Of a stretch of DNA of 64,000 nt, positions 39,120 to 48,499 are shown piece after piece. Both the position numbers and the translations under genes were made by a program. This DNA comes from Planctomycetota bacterium (lineage in GTDB: Bacteria > Planctomycetota > UBA1135 > UBA2386), in assembly GCA_046290465.1 (NCBI GenBank), contig JBKAGP010000001.1:3392001-3456000 (forward strand), read 5' to 3'. The notes under the pieces were generated by a model that was not told the origin of the DNA, searched no databases, and was given only the letters and a program-made list of their open reading frames with translations. How positions within the stretch are numbered: the stretch's first letter is position 1; each line of letters opens with the position of its first letter.

Positions 39120-39851
39120 ATGAATGCATCATACTCACCTCTCACAATATCGGTTATTGCTCGTAAAGGCGGTGTTGGCAAGAGTATGTGCACCACGCTG
39201 TTCGCCCGCGCGTACGCCAACTCGGGTCTCCGAGTTCTTGTTGTCGACCTTGCCCCTCAGGCAACGACTACGAAGGCACTTCTCACCCGAGAGCAGGTCA
39301 GAGAGCTGGACATCGAGGAATCCTCAAGCGCCTTCGCGGCGGGTGAGAGTCTGCTCCCCTACCTCACCAAGTCGCCCCAGCGCGGACTGCGTGTTGCACC
39401 GTCTGGTGAGCCGCTTGAGCTCGCGAGCGATAGGCTTCGACTCGACGCTCTCGCACTTTCGAACGTGCAGGAGTCGCTCTCGACTCTCGCTGACGCGCAG
39501 GCGGACCTGGTCATCATCGACACTCCGCCGGACTACGGCACCTTGACGCTTGGCGCTCTTTCGTTCGCTCGCTGGGCTGTGGTTGTGAGCGAGTGTAAGC
39601 GCGAGAGCGTGCAGGAGGTGCCTCAAGCACTCAAGACGATTGCCAGGCTGAAATCGCTCAACCCGTCGCTTTCGCTTCTTGGCATTGTGGCGAACAAGCT
39701 TGACCGCCGACGAAGCGAAGTCAACAAGGCCATGAAGCCTGTGCCGAGCGTTGACTTCAGAGCTCATGGTCTCCCCGCAGTGGTCGAGGTCGCCGAAGAG
39801 CTCCTTCGGCGCCACTCAGCAGCTACTCGGAAAATGGCGCACGCTGGATAG
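39120..39851 (+). CDS. parA: ParA family partition ATPase
   Basis: KGGVGKS deviant Walker A, VVDLAPQA, VIIDTPP, GIVANK. Confidence 0.9.
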   Translation: MNASYSPLTISVIARKGGVGKSMCTTLFARAYANSGLRVLVVDLAPQATTTKALLTREQVRELDIEESSSAFAAGESLLPYLTKSPQRGLRVAPSGEPLELASDRLRLDALALSNVQESLSTLADAQADLVIIDTPPDYGTLTLGALSFARWAVVVSECKRESVQEVPQALKTIARLKSLNPSLSLLGIVANKLDRRRSEVNKAMKPVPSVDFRAHGLPAVVEVAEELLRRHSAATRKMAHAG

Positions 39852-39987
39852 AGCCAAGGCTTGTGACTCACCCAGCTGGGGAGCCTCATGCGTTGACTTC
39901 ATTCTAGTCATTGCAGTCATTGCCCTCTCGCTATTCAACCTAGGCAGGGAGGTCATCGACTGCATTGCATTCAGAGGAGGAAAATCT

Positions 39988-40401
39988 ATGGCTGAGCCAA
40001 AGCGAAGAATCAGGACACAAGTCGACGAGTCTACACTGAGCGACCTGCGAGCGAGCTTGGCGGGTGTTGGTGCTCCGAGCAGGCCGGAAGAGGGCGAGCC
40101 ACGAGACGCCGCTGAGACTGCCGTTCTTGAGCCCCCCTCCCGAGAGTACTCGTTCAGTTCGAATCGTCGCCCTACGCGGCGCACAGCGCCCCAGAGCGCC
40201 AAGCGCACGTCAGTCTCAGTCTCGGTTGGAACACACGAGCTTGCCAAACGGCTCACTCGCGCCCGGATGCTCGCTCTCGCGGAGGAGCAGACCGTTGGAA
40301 GCACATACCTCGAGGGCCTGAGGCTGCTCGAAGAGCGACTCCTCGAGGAGGGCATCGAGATTCCGGAGAGCAGCACGCGACTCAAGCCCGGCCCGCGCTG
40401 A
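39988..40401 (+). CDS. putative centromere-binding partner of ParA
   Basis: Strong AGGAGG RBS; disordered N-terminus, then KRTSVSVS + helices (RHH-like); follows parA. Confidence 0.6.
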   Translation: MAEPKRRIRTQVDESTLSDLRASLAGVGAPSRPEEGEPRDAAETAVLEPPSREYSFSSNRRPTRRTAPQSAKRTSVSVSVGTHELAKRLTRARMLALAEEQTVGSTYLEGLRLLEERLLEEGIEIPESSTRLKPGPR

Positions 40402-40477
40402 AACGCCTACATTGACTGCAATGCCTTGGTTGCATGCAGCCTAGGCAACCCAGTCAACCCAGGCATCGACTGGCGCA

Positions 40478-41653
40478 TCACCCCGTCTCTCGCGCAACGC
40501 GCGCAGCCAGCTCTCGGTCACGCTCCGCGTAGACCTGAGTCACGTCGGCACTGGCATGACCCAGCGCGACCTGTGCAGCTTCCAGTCCAAAACGCCGCCT
40601 GACCTCCGTAGCTCTGGAATGCCGGAGTTGGTTGGGAGACCAGCGCTCGACTCCAGCCCGGTCGCATGCGCGGTGGATGGCGCGGCGGTAAGAGTGAGTC
40701 GAGTAGCAGGGCTCAACGGCGCTGGTTGCACGTGGCCAGGGAGGGGCGCTCGCGTCAGCGCCTTCGCGACGCTCTCTCAGAGCGTCCCCTGGTGAGAACA
40801 GGAGCGCGTCCGGGTGCCTTGCGAGCCGAGGCTGCAAGATGGCCTGAGCTCTTGGGCCGAGCAACCGTTCACAGGAGAGACCGTGGTGCTCGGTCTTGTG
40901 GCGCTCGGGTCGGTAGACCCAGATGTCTTCGGTTCGGTCGATGTCTCGAGCGGTGATGGAGCACACTTCGCCGGGTCGCATGCCGGTCAGCCACTGAAGC
41001 TCGACCATCGCAGCCACGACGTTGCTCAGAAAGGGGAGGGTGGCTCGCATGACACTCTCTGGGACTGGCTGGACCTTGGCGTTTTCGGCGACCTGCGAGG
41101 ACTCTCCTCTTCTGAGGCCGGGCACGGAAGCGAGTGCCTGCCAGACGGAGCCCGAAACGAGCTCCATCGATGCACCCCAGCGAAACACGCGAACGACACG
41201 ACGCACCCGACCGTTGACGGTGGTTCGCGAGAGGGACCTGCCGTTTACACGCGAGCGCTCGACCATGAGCGTTCGAAAGGCCTGCAGGCGCCTAGGTCCG
41301 AACTCCTCGGCGCGAAGCGAACCGAAGCCCTCGCTCAGTGGACGAAGCGAATCGCGAATCCACCCGCGCTCAGAGGTCTCCTGGCCGCGCTTCATGTAGC
41401 GCCCCTCGGTCTCGAGGTAGGTCCAGTAGGCGGCGACGAGTTCGTCCACCGTTGGGCCCCGAGCCCCGTCGTCCATCTGGCCGCGCTCGGCCCCGATGGT
41501 GAGGTGGTCGGCGATGAGCGCCGAGTAGCGCTCCCGACTCTCCTCGGTGCCGTGCTTTCCGAGGTAGATGTCCTTGCCGTTCAGACGAACGACGGCGTTG
41601 CCGGATGGCTTGTGAAGACGGTAGCTCGGGACGAGCGAACGCTTGCGAGGCAT
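40478..41653 (-). CDS. site-specific tyrosine integrase
   Basis: PSYRLHKPSG..VRLNGKDIYLG arm-binding-like N-terminus; TGMRPGE, HKT, PNQLRH, LGH, TQVY; beside tRNA 3' end. Confidence 0.93.
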   Translation of the reverse strand: MPRKRSLVPSYRLHKPSGNAVVRLNGKDIYLGKHGTEESRERYSALIADHLTIGAERGQMDDGARGPTVDELVAAYWTYLETEGRYMKRGQETSERGWIRDSLRPLSEGFGSLRAEEFGPRRLQAFRTLMVERSRVNGRSLSRTTVNGRVRRVVRVFRWGASMELVSGSVWQALASVPGLRRGESSQVAENAKVQPVPESVMRATLPFLSNVVAAMVELQWLTGMRPGEVCSITARDIDRTEDIWVYRPERHKTEHHGLSCERLLGPRAQAILQPRLARHPDALLFSPGDALRERREGADASAPPWPRATSAVEPCYSTHSYRRAIHRACDRAGVERWSPNQLRHSRATEVRRRFGLEAAQVALGHASADVTQVYAERDRELAARVARETG

Positions 41654-41761
41654 GAGCAGCTCACGGGTTAAGTGGTAAATTACCACCGTTCCCGGCTGCT
41701 CTGCCGCGGGGGCAGGTGCACGCAGGTCTACGCAACCTGCATCTTCAGCCGTAGTTATGAA

Positions 41762-41838
41762 TGGTCGGAGCGAGAGGATTTGAACCTCCGACCCCCTGCA
41801 CCCCATGCAGGTGCGCTACCAGGCTGCGCCACGCTCCG
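41762..41838 (-). tRNA. tRNA-Pro(GGG)
   Basis: CGGAGCG acceptor stem, anticodon arm CCTGC-ATGGGGT-GCAGG, T-loop GGTTCAAATCC, encoded CCA; 77 nt. Confidence 0.97.
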
Positions 41839-41915
41839 ATTCGGTCGTCGATCTCGAGGCCACCAGGGCCCCAGGGAACGGAGCATGCTAGCGGCAGCAC
41901 CGGAATCGGCAAGCG

Positions 41916-42170
41916 CTAACCCGCCCCAGCGCCACTCCCGCCATCCCCACCTCCACGACGACCACCACCACCCCCACGCCCCGAAGCCCCCATCCCCCGA
42001 CACCGGTTCCACACCACCCCCATCCCCAGCTGCATCCCACCGAGAAACGTCATCGTCGACAGCCCCTTCACCCCGCAGTCCGCCCCGACCATCCCGACCA
42101 CCCCCATCGCGATCCCGGCCCACACCTGCACCCCGCGAAACAGCCCCCACGTCGTCACTCGTTCGTCCAT
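41916..42170 (-). CDS. possible small membrane protein with Gly-rich tail
   Basis: GGGAGG RBS and two hydrophobic stretches, but low complexity and atypical codons. Confidence 0.3.
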   Translation of the reverse strand: MDERVTTWGLFRGVQVWAGIAMGVVGMVGADCGVKGLSTMTFLGGMQLGMGVVWNRCRGMGASGRGGGGGRRGGGDGGSGAGAG

Positions 42171-42185
42171 GGCATCCCTCCCCGG

Positions 42186-44681
42186 CTACCCACCAATCCG
42201 CCAATCGCCCACCGTCGCCTCACCCGCGACCACCTCGACACGCCGGCTCGCCACCACCTCCACACCCCGCCGCAGCTCCACGCGACAAACACCGTCCGGC
42301 ACGTTCTCGACGAAGAAGAACCCATCCGGCGCCAGCTCTGCGCCCATGCACTCGGCCAGCTTCGGCGACGACAGCAGCTGCTCGGTCGCCGCACTGCCCG
42401 CCTCCAACACCGGCAGCGCCACCACGCGCAGGCCCTCGCGCCGCTCGACCCCGACGACGCGACCGTGGATCCGTCCGGTCGGGAGCGCCAGGTCCAGCGC
42501 CTGACGCACCACACCATCGATCTCGACCACGCCACACAAACCAAACGGTCCGTCCACGTGCCGGTCGTCGGCCGGCGCGAGCATCACCAGATACCGTCCG
42601 CGCTGCACGTCGCCGGCTTCGTAGCCGGACACACCCAGCCGCCGCGCGGCGATCCAGCCGCGGCCTTCTTCGAGTGGGACCAGCGTCGGCACCAGCGCGA
42701 TGCCGCCGGGGGCCGGTGGGATGTTGCCGAACACCGCCACGCGGTCGGGGCGGCGCAGCTCCAGCACCACCTCGTCGGCTCCCCCCGCCTCCAGACGAAC
42801 GGCGCGGCTCAGGATCGCCTGCTCGTCGGCGGCACGCAGGCGCGGCAGCACGTAGAGCACGACGCGCTGGGTGTTGACCAGGCCGAAGTCGATGCGGCCG
42901 TCGGCGTCGCTGGTGGCGCGGGCGCGGTGGCTGTGGTCGCCGTGGATCATCATCACCGGCACGTCGCCGAGCGGGCGGCCGGCGTGCTGCACGCGCACCA
43001 CCAGGGACGGGCGGCGGCGCAGTTTGCAGTCGCGCAGCGCCTCGCCGTCGAAGCCGACACGCAGGTCCAAGTAGTCGTCGTGTTCGACGAGCAGCTCCGA
43101 GTCGACGTATTCGGGCGCGTAGCCGAGCCGATACCGACCGTCGCTGCGCGTCTGCGTCGGCTGGCGGTTGGAGTAGCTCCACCGGCCCTCGCTCCACTCG
43201 CGCAGCAGCGCGACGCGCGCCATCGGGATCGGCTCGCCGGACACCGCGTCCGTCACCCGCCCCTGCAGCACGCGCTTGTCGGGGTCGGCGGCGGCGGCGT
43301 CGATGCGCACCCGTTCGCGGATCCGGTAGACGTGGCCGTGCGCCGTCGGCGGCTCGAGCGTGCGTTCGTGGTCGCGGCTGCCGGGGATCGACAGGCGCAC
43401 CGTGTTGCTGGCGCCGGCGACCACGCGCATCGCAAACCGCAGGCGGCCCGGAGCGCCGCCGTCGGGACTCGACGAGACGCTGCGTCGGGTCGGATCCCCG
43501 ACGCGCAGGACGCCGGGCGTCGAGTCGTGCCCCCACGACGCAAACGCCGTCGCCGCAAACCAGACCGGCTCGCCGGTGTCCTGCTGCACGACCTCGACGT
43601 CGACCACCGTGTCGAACGCGCGGCGCATGCGCAGCACCGGCGCGTCGTCGCGCGTCCACAGGCTGTGGCCGAGTTCGGCCTCGTAGTCGGGATGCTCGAC
43701 CTCGCCGATCTTCAGCTTGCCGGCGACCAGCGGCAGCGTATCCGCGTCGAAGCCAAACCTGCCGTCCGCCCCGGTGCGCCGCGTCCACTGCTCGCGGTCG
43801 CCGATGTCGACGATGCGGTTGCCGACCATGCGGTCCTGCAGCGACAGCGTCGCGCCTTCGATCGCTCGGCCGTCGAGGTCGACGACGCGGCCGACGAACG
43901 GCTGCGCCGTCCCCGGCGCCGCGGCGCGTAGCGACACCGCGTCCGACGGCGGCGCCGCCGCGAAGCGATCCAACGCGCGGTCGGCCGACGTGGTCTGCTC
44001 GAGGTCGACGATGCGGCGCGCGGTCCACGCCTGCAGGCCGAGGTAGCCGCCGACCGCCACCGTCGCGATCGCGGCGCCGAGCAGCAGCGTGGTCGAGCGA
44101 CGCGTCGCCTCGCCGACCCCGACCGCCTGCAGGCCGCGCGGATCGAGCAGCGGCACCAGCGACAGGCACCAGCTGCGCCGGTCGCCGTGCTGGTCGTCGA
44201 GCCGTTCGCGCAGGCGCTGCAGCGCGCGCGCCGTTCGCGAACGCACCGTGTTGACCGGGATGCCGAGTCGGGTCGCGACGTCGCGCGGCGGCAGGTCCTG
44301 GTAGAAGCGCAGCAGCACGACCTCGCGCTCGCCCGCCGGCAGCGCGTCGACGTGCTCGAGCAGCATCCGGCGAACGTCCTGCTCACCGGCGAGCTCGGCG
44401 GCCGACGGCACCTCGACGCGTGGCTGCCGTTCTTGCTCGCGCCGGCTGCGCCGCGCCTCGCCGCGGCCGCGCATCTTGAGCACGTTGCGCAGCGCGCCGG
44501 CCAGCCACGCGCGCGGGGCGCGCACGTCGGTGCGACCGGCCGCCAGCGTCGCGCGCCAGACCTCCTGCACGACGTCGTCGGCGTCGTGCGGACCGGCGAC
44601 CAGCCGCGCCGCGAGCCGGCGCAGCCAGGCGGCGTGTTCGAGCAGGGGTTCGAGAGGAGGCGTCACCTGGAGGTCGCGCAT
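42186..44681 (-). CDS. ECF sigma-70 factor fused via TM helix to carboxypeptidase regulatory-like repeats
   Basis: DADDVVQEVW, PRAWL, REVVLLRF..VATRLG.PVNTVRSR..RAL; TM; GRVVDLDG/GRVTDAVSGEPI repeats. Confidence 0.88.
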   Translation of the reverse strand: MRDLQVTPPLEPLLEHAAWLRRLAARLVAGPHDADDVVQEVWRATLAAGRTDVRAPRAWLAGALRNVLKMRGRGEARRSRREQERQPRVEVPSAAELAGEQDVRRMLLEHVDALPAGEREVVLLRFYQDLPPRDVATRLGIPVNTVRSRTARALQRLRERLDDQHGDRRSWCLSLVPLLDPRGLQAVGVGEATRRSTTLLLGAAIATVAVGGYLGLQAWTARRIVDLEQTTSADRALDRFAAAPPSDAVSLRAAAPGTAQPFVGRVVDLDGRAIEGATLSLQDRMVGNRIVDIGDREQWTRRTGADGRFGFDADTLPLVAGKLKIGEVEHPDYEAELGHSLWTRDDAPVLRMRRAFDTVVDVEVVQQDTGEPVWFAATAFASWGHDSTPGVLRVGDPTRRSVSSSPDGGAPGRLRFAMRVVAGASNTVRLSIPGSRDHERTLEPPTAHGHVYRIRERVRIDAAAADPDKRVLQGRVTDAVSGEPIPMARVALLREWSEGRWSYSNRQPTQTRSDGRYRLGYAPEYVDSELLVEHDDYLDLRVGFDGEALRDCKLRRRPSLVVRVQHAGRPLGDVPVMMIHGDHSHRARATSDADGRIDFGLVNTQRVVLYVLPRLRAADEQAILSRAVRLEAGGADEVVLELRRPDRVAVFGNIPPAPGGIALVPTLVPLEEGRGWIAARRLGVSGYEAGDVQRGRYLVMLAPADDRHVDGPFGLCGVVEIDGVVRQALDLALPTGRIHGRVVGVERREGLRVVALPVLEAGSAATEQLLSSPKLAECMGAELAPDGFFFVENVPDGVCRVELRRGVEVVASRRVEVVAGEATVGDWRIGG

Positions 44682-44993
44682 GCCGGTGGGTTGCCGCCGA
44701 TCGCGGAATCGACCGCGGCGACCCCGAGATTCTTCGGGCCGCAGGCACCCGGCGGGGCCGACCGGGATGGCGTCCGACCACCAGTGGATCGCGACACGCC
44801 GGCCGCGCCAAGGTCCGCATCTGGCGGTAGCGGACCCGGCTCGCCGGTCGGCGCCCCGCCGCACCCCCTACAAAAAGCAAACGCGCGCAGCCCGAAGGCT
44901 GCGCGCGCGTGCGGTCTCAACGTAACGCCGCTTCCCAGGTGGCGCGTCTCGGAGAAGACAGCGGTAGCGGGCGGCCGACATCTCACCGGTTCT

Positions 44994-46154
44994 TCACTTC
45001 TTCTGCGGACGCAGCACCGGGCACGCCGCGGCCACCGCCTTGCGGAACGCCGAACGCGCTGGGCCGAGCCGCTTGCTGCGCTGCGTCTGCGTCAGGACCA
45101 TGCCGACGAGGTCGCGCGCCGGGTCGCACCAGACCATGGTCCCGTCGGATCCGGTGTGCGAGAAGCTGCCGTCGGCGGCGATGCCCCAGCCGTAGCCGTA
45201 GCTGCGGCCCTTCAGGTGCGGGATCCGGTTGCCGGTCATCCGCGCGACCGAGTCCTCGGACAGGATGCGGCGCTCGCCGGCGACGCCGCCGGTCACGAAC
45301 AGCCGCGCGAACTTCGCGTAGTCGACGGCGGTCGTGATCAGGCCGCCGGACCCGCGCACGAACGGCAGGGTCGGCGCGTCGCCGGGCTGCCAGCGGGCCC
45401 GCCAGCTGCCGTCGGCGGCGCGCACCATCACCGCCGACATGCGCGAAAGGTCGGCGCGCGTCTCGAGGTTGCAGGTGTCGGCCATGCCGAGCGGGCGGTA
45501 GAACGCCTCGCGGCAGTAGGCCTCGAACTCCCGTTCGCCGGCCAGCGTCACGATGCCGGCGAGCGTGTTGTAGCCGGGGTTGCTGTAGGAGTAGCTGCTG
45601 CCAGGCGCGGCGGTCGGCCCGATCTCGCCGAAGCGCGCGCACTCGAGCACCAGGTTGGGTGCGTCCGGGTGCCGCTCGGACGGCTGCATCAGCGGCTGCA
45701 CGAACAGCGTGCCGATGGTCAGGCCGCTGGTGTGGGTCAGCAGGTGGTGCACCGTGATCGCGGCCGCCTTGCCGCTGCCGAACGTGCCGAACCAGCGGCT
45801 GGCGGGGTCGTCGAGGCCGACCTTGCCGCGTTCGACCAGGTGCAGAATCGCCGCGGCGGTGACCGCCTTGGTGTTGGACGCCATCCGAAACAGCGTGTCC
45901 TTCTGCATCGGCTGCTCGCCGGCGACGTCGCGACAGCCGTAGGCCTCGTGCAGCACGATCGACGTGCCGCGCGTGACCAGCACGACGGCGCCGCGCAGGT
46001 CGTTCTCGGTGACGAGCTGCTCGATGCCGGCCGCGGCCTGGCGCAGCGCGGCGGCATCGCAGCCGGACGCCGCGGGGTCGGCGACAACCAGCCGTTCTTG
46101 CGCCGGCAGCGGCAGCGACGGGATCAGCAACGACAGCAGGAGGTGTGCGCGCAT
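44994..46154 (-). CDS. serine hydrolase, beta-lactamase/PBP family
   Basis: FRMASNTK (SxxK), LLTHTSG, YSNPGY, SHTG; signal peptide. Confidence 0.92.
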   Translation of the reverse strand: MRAHLLLSLLIPSLPLPAQERLVVADPAASGCDAAALRQAAAGIEQLVTENDLRGAVVLVTRGTSIVLHEAYGCRDVAGEQPMQKDTLFRMASNTKAVTAAAILHLVERGKVGLDDPASRWFGTFGSGKAAAITVHHLLTHTSGLTIGTLFVQPLMQPSERHPDAPNLVLECARFGEIGPTAAPGSSYSYSNPGYNTLAGIVTLAGEREFEAYCREAFYRPLGMADTCNLETRADLSRMSAVMVRAADGSWRARWQPGDAPTLPFVRGSGGLITTAVDYAKFARLFVTGGVAGERRILSEDSVARMTGNRIPHLKGRSYGYGWGIAADGSFSHTGSDGTMVWCDPARDLVGMVLTQTQRSKRLGPARSAFRKAVAAACPVLRPQKK

Positions 46155-46176
46155 GCCGGCATCGTAGACTGCGGCG

Positions 46177-47463
46177 ATGCTCGACCACGTGCGCCTCGTC
46201 CTGCTCGGGACGATCCTGTTGCCATCGCTGCTGCCGGCCCAGAACGACGCGCCGGCCGCAGAACTGACGATCCCGGCCTACAGCGGCTACGCGCATCCGG
46301 ATCCGCGCGCGGTGCGCCGCGACCGCAAGACCGGCGCGGTCGAGCGCTGCGACGGCCAGCTGGTGTTCTACGTCGAGGCTGCGGCGACCGGCGCGATCGA
46401 GGTGCACGTGCGTCGGCTGGCCGGGGCGCCCGCGCAGCGGCTGCAGCTTCGCTTCGGGCGGGTCGGCGGCAAGTCGGGCACGAGCCAGTTCGTGGACGCG
46501 CCGGCGGCGACCGAGGCGGACACGGTCCTGTTCCGCGGGCTGGTCAGCGATGCGGTCGGTCCGCTGCGCATCTCGCTGCAGGTCGACGGCGAGCAGCCGC
46601 TGCGTCGGATCGCGTCGCTGTCGCTTTGGGGCGAAGGCGCCGCCGGCGCGCGCGCGTCGACCGTCGAACGGCGCAACGCGTCGTCCGTGCACCTGTGGTA
46701 CGACGTGCCGACCCAGCACGTCGACGACATCGAGTACTTCTACTGCGAGCTGACGCCGACCGCGGATCCGCTCTGGACCTACTACATGGCGACCGGCTGG
46801 CACCGCGGCTACTTCGGCATGCAGGTCAACAGCGCGACCGAGCGGCGCGTGATCTTCAGCGTCTGGGACTCGGGCAACGAGGCCGTCGACCGCGGCAAGG
46901 TCGGCGAACAGGATCTGGTGCAGCTGCTGCGCAAGGGCGCGAACGTGCACGCCGGCGGCTTCGGCAACGAGGGCACGGGCGGCCACAGCCACCTCGTGCA
47001 CGACTGGCAGCTCGGCGACACGATCGGCTTCCTGGTGCGCGCCCAACCGGACGGCAAGCAGACGACCTACACCGGCTGGTTCGCGCACCACCGCGCGGGC
47101 GCGGCCGGGCCCGAGCCGTGGCGGCTGGTCGCGAGCTTCCGCGCGCCGAAGGACGGCCGCTTCCTGCACGGGCTCTACTCGTTCAGCGAGAACTTCAGCG
47201 GCGCCAACGGCGACGCGCGGCGCGAGTGCCGCTACGGCAACGTCTGGCTGCGCACCAAGGGCGGCGACTGGCTGCCGTCGCGCTCGGCGAAGTTCACGCA
47301 CGACGGCCACGGCAACCGCCACCGGCTCGATCGGCGCGGCGGCGTCGCGAACGGCCGGTTCTTGCTCCGGCACGGCGACTTCGCGACGCGGCCGATGCAG
47401 CGCGGCACGCGCCTCGACCTGCCCGGCGAGCCCGGCCGACCGCCGGCCAGGCTGCCGGAGTAG
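46177..47463 (+). CDS. DUF3472/DUF5077 family secreted protein
   Basis: SVHLWY, GYFGMQVNS.TERRVIFSVW, FGNEGTGGHS, SFSENF. Confidence 0.82.
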   Translation: MLDHVRLVLLGTILLPSLLPAQNDAPAAELTIPAYSGYAHPDPRAVRRDRKTGAVERCDGQLVFYVEAAATGAIEVHVRRLAGAPAQRLQLRFGRVGGKSGTSQFVDAPAATEADTVLFRGLVSDAVGPLRISLQVDGEQPLRRIASLSLWGEGAAGARASTVERRNASSVHLWYDVPTQHVDDIEYFYCELTPTADPLWTYYMATGWHRGYFGMQVNSATERRVIFSVWDSGNEAVDRGKVGEQDLVQLLRKGANVHAGGFGNEGTGGHSHLVHDWQLGDTIGFLVRAQPDGKQTTYTGWFAHHRAGAAGPEPWRLVASFRAPKDGRFLHGLYSFSENFSGANGDARRECRYGNVWLRTKGGDWLPSRSAKFTHDGHGNRHRLDRRGGVANGRFLLRHGDFATRPMQRGTRLDLPGEPGRPPARLPE

Positions 47464-47562
47464 CGAGAATCTGCGCACCGGCGGTCGATTCGCGCCCGCG
47501 CCGATCGTCGCGACGACGTAACCTGACCCGACTCGCCACACCCTCATCTCAAGGAGAACGAC

Positions 47563-48351
47563 ATGACCGCTCAGCCCTCTCAAGGCCCCTGGCCCGGCCG
47601 CTTCGTCTGGCACGACCTGATGACCACCGACGCCGCGAAGTCGAAGGTCTTCTACGTATCGCTGTTCGGCTGGAACGTCGAAGACCGCCCGATGCAGGGC
47701 TTCACGTACCACATGATCAACGCGGGTCCCGGGCCGGTCGGCGGCATCATCGAGGAGAAGGCGATCCCGATGTCGCACTGGATGCCGTACGTGGCGGTCG
47801 AAGACGTCGACGCCGCGGCGGAGAAGTGCAAGGAGCTCGGTGGTTCGGTGTGCGTGCCGCCGACCGACATCCCGCAGACCGGCCGCTTCGCGGTCGTCGG
47901 CGACCCGCAGGGTGCGTTCTTCTCGATCTACAAGGGCAATGAGGAGTCGCACGGCTTCGATCCCGACTTGCCGGTGCCCGGCCGCATCTGCTGGAACGAG
48001 GTGCTGACGAGCGACGACGCCGCGGCGCAGACGTTCTACACCGACATGTTCGGCTGGCAGGACGACCCGAAGGACATGGGTCCGATGGGCACCTACCACT
48101 GCCAGATGATCGGCGGCAAGCAGACCGGCGGCATCATGAAGAACCCGCAGCCCGGCGCCCCGAGCGCGTGGCTGGTCTACTTCCTGGTCGAGGACCTGAC
48201 CGCGTCGACCGCCAAGGCCAAGGAACTCGGCGCCAACGTGATGATGGAGAACCAGCCGATCCCCGAAGTCGGCGCATTCTCGCTGCTCGCCGACCCGGTC
48301 GGCGCCGTGTTCGCCCTGTTCGCCGGCTCGCCGGACGCGAAGGACTGCTGA
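47563..48351 (+). CDS. VOC/glyoxalase family protein (two domains)
   Basis: Duplicated W.DL.T.D..FY..LFGW / W..Y..VED / DP.GA.F; AAGGAG RBS. Confidence 0.93.
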   Translation: MTAQPSQGPWPGRFVWHDLMTTDAAKSKVFYVSLFGWNVEDRPMQGFTYHMINAGPGPVGGIIEEKAIPMSHWMPYVAVEDVDAAAEKCKELGGSVCVPPTDIPQTGRFAVVGDPQGAFFSIYKGNEESHGFDPDLPVPGRICWNEVLTSDDAAAQTFYTDMFGWQDDPKDMGPMGTYHCQMIGGKQTGGIMKNPQPGAPSAWLVYFLVEDLTASTAKAKELGANVMMENQPIPEVGAFSLLADPVGAVFALFAGSPDAKDC

Positions 48352-48416
48352 GTCCGACGAACGGCGCGGGCTGGGTTTCGCATGCCGGCTACCAGAAGGC
48401 CGGCGCGCACACGCAA

Positions 48417-48483
48417 CGAACCGGGTTCATCCTGCGCCGCTTCGCGGCGCAGGATGAACCCGGTTCGGTATGCGGTGTTTGCG
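48417..48483. repeat. intergenic palindromic repeat
   Basis: cgaaccgggttcatcctgcgccgc-ttc-gcggcgcaggatgaacccggttcg plus gtatgcggtgtttgcg; between convergent genes. Confidence 0.9.
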
Positions 48484-48499
48484 ATTCGGGGCCCGGTTG

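Noticed and set aside
41654..41806. N-terminal extension of the integrase ORF
   Set aside because: Runs into the tRNA gene; the recognisable integrase starts at MPRKRS (41653)
44187..47942. Very long ORFs such as 44187..47942, 44983..48099, 21111..24092 and the 5' part of 7779..12218
   Set aside because: Arg/Ala/Pro-rich shadow frames typical of high-GC DNA, overlapping well-supported genes
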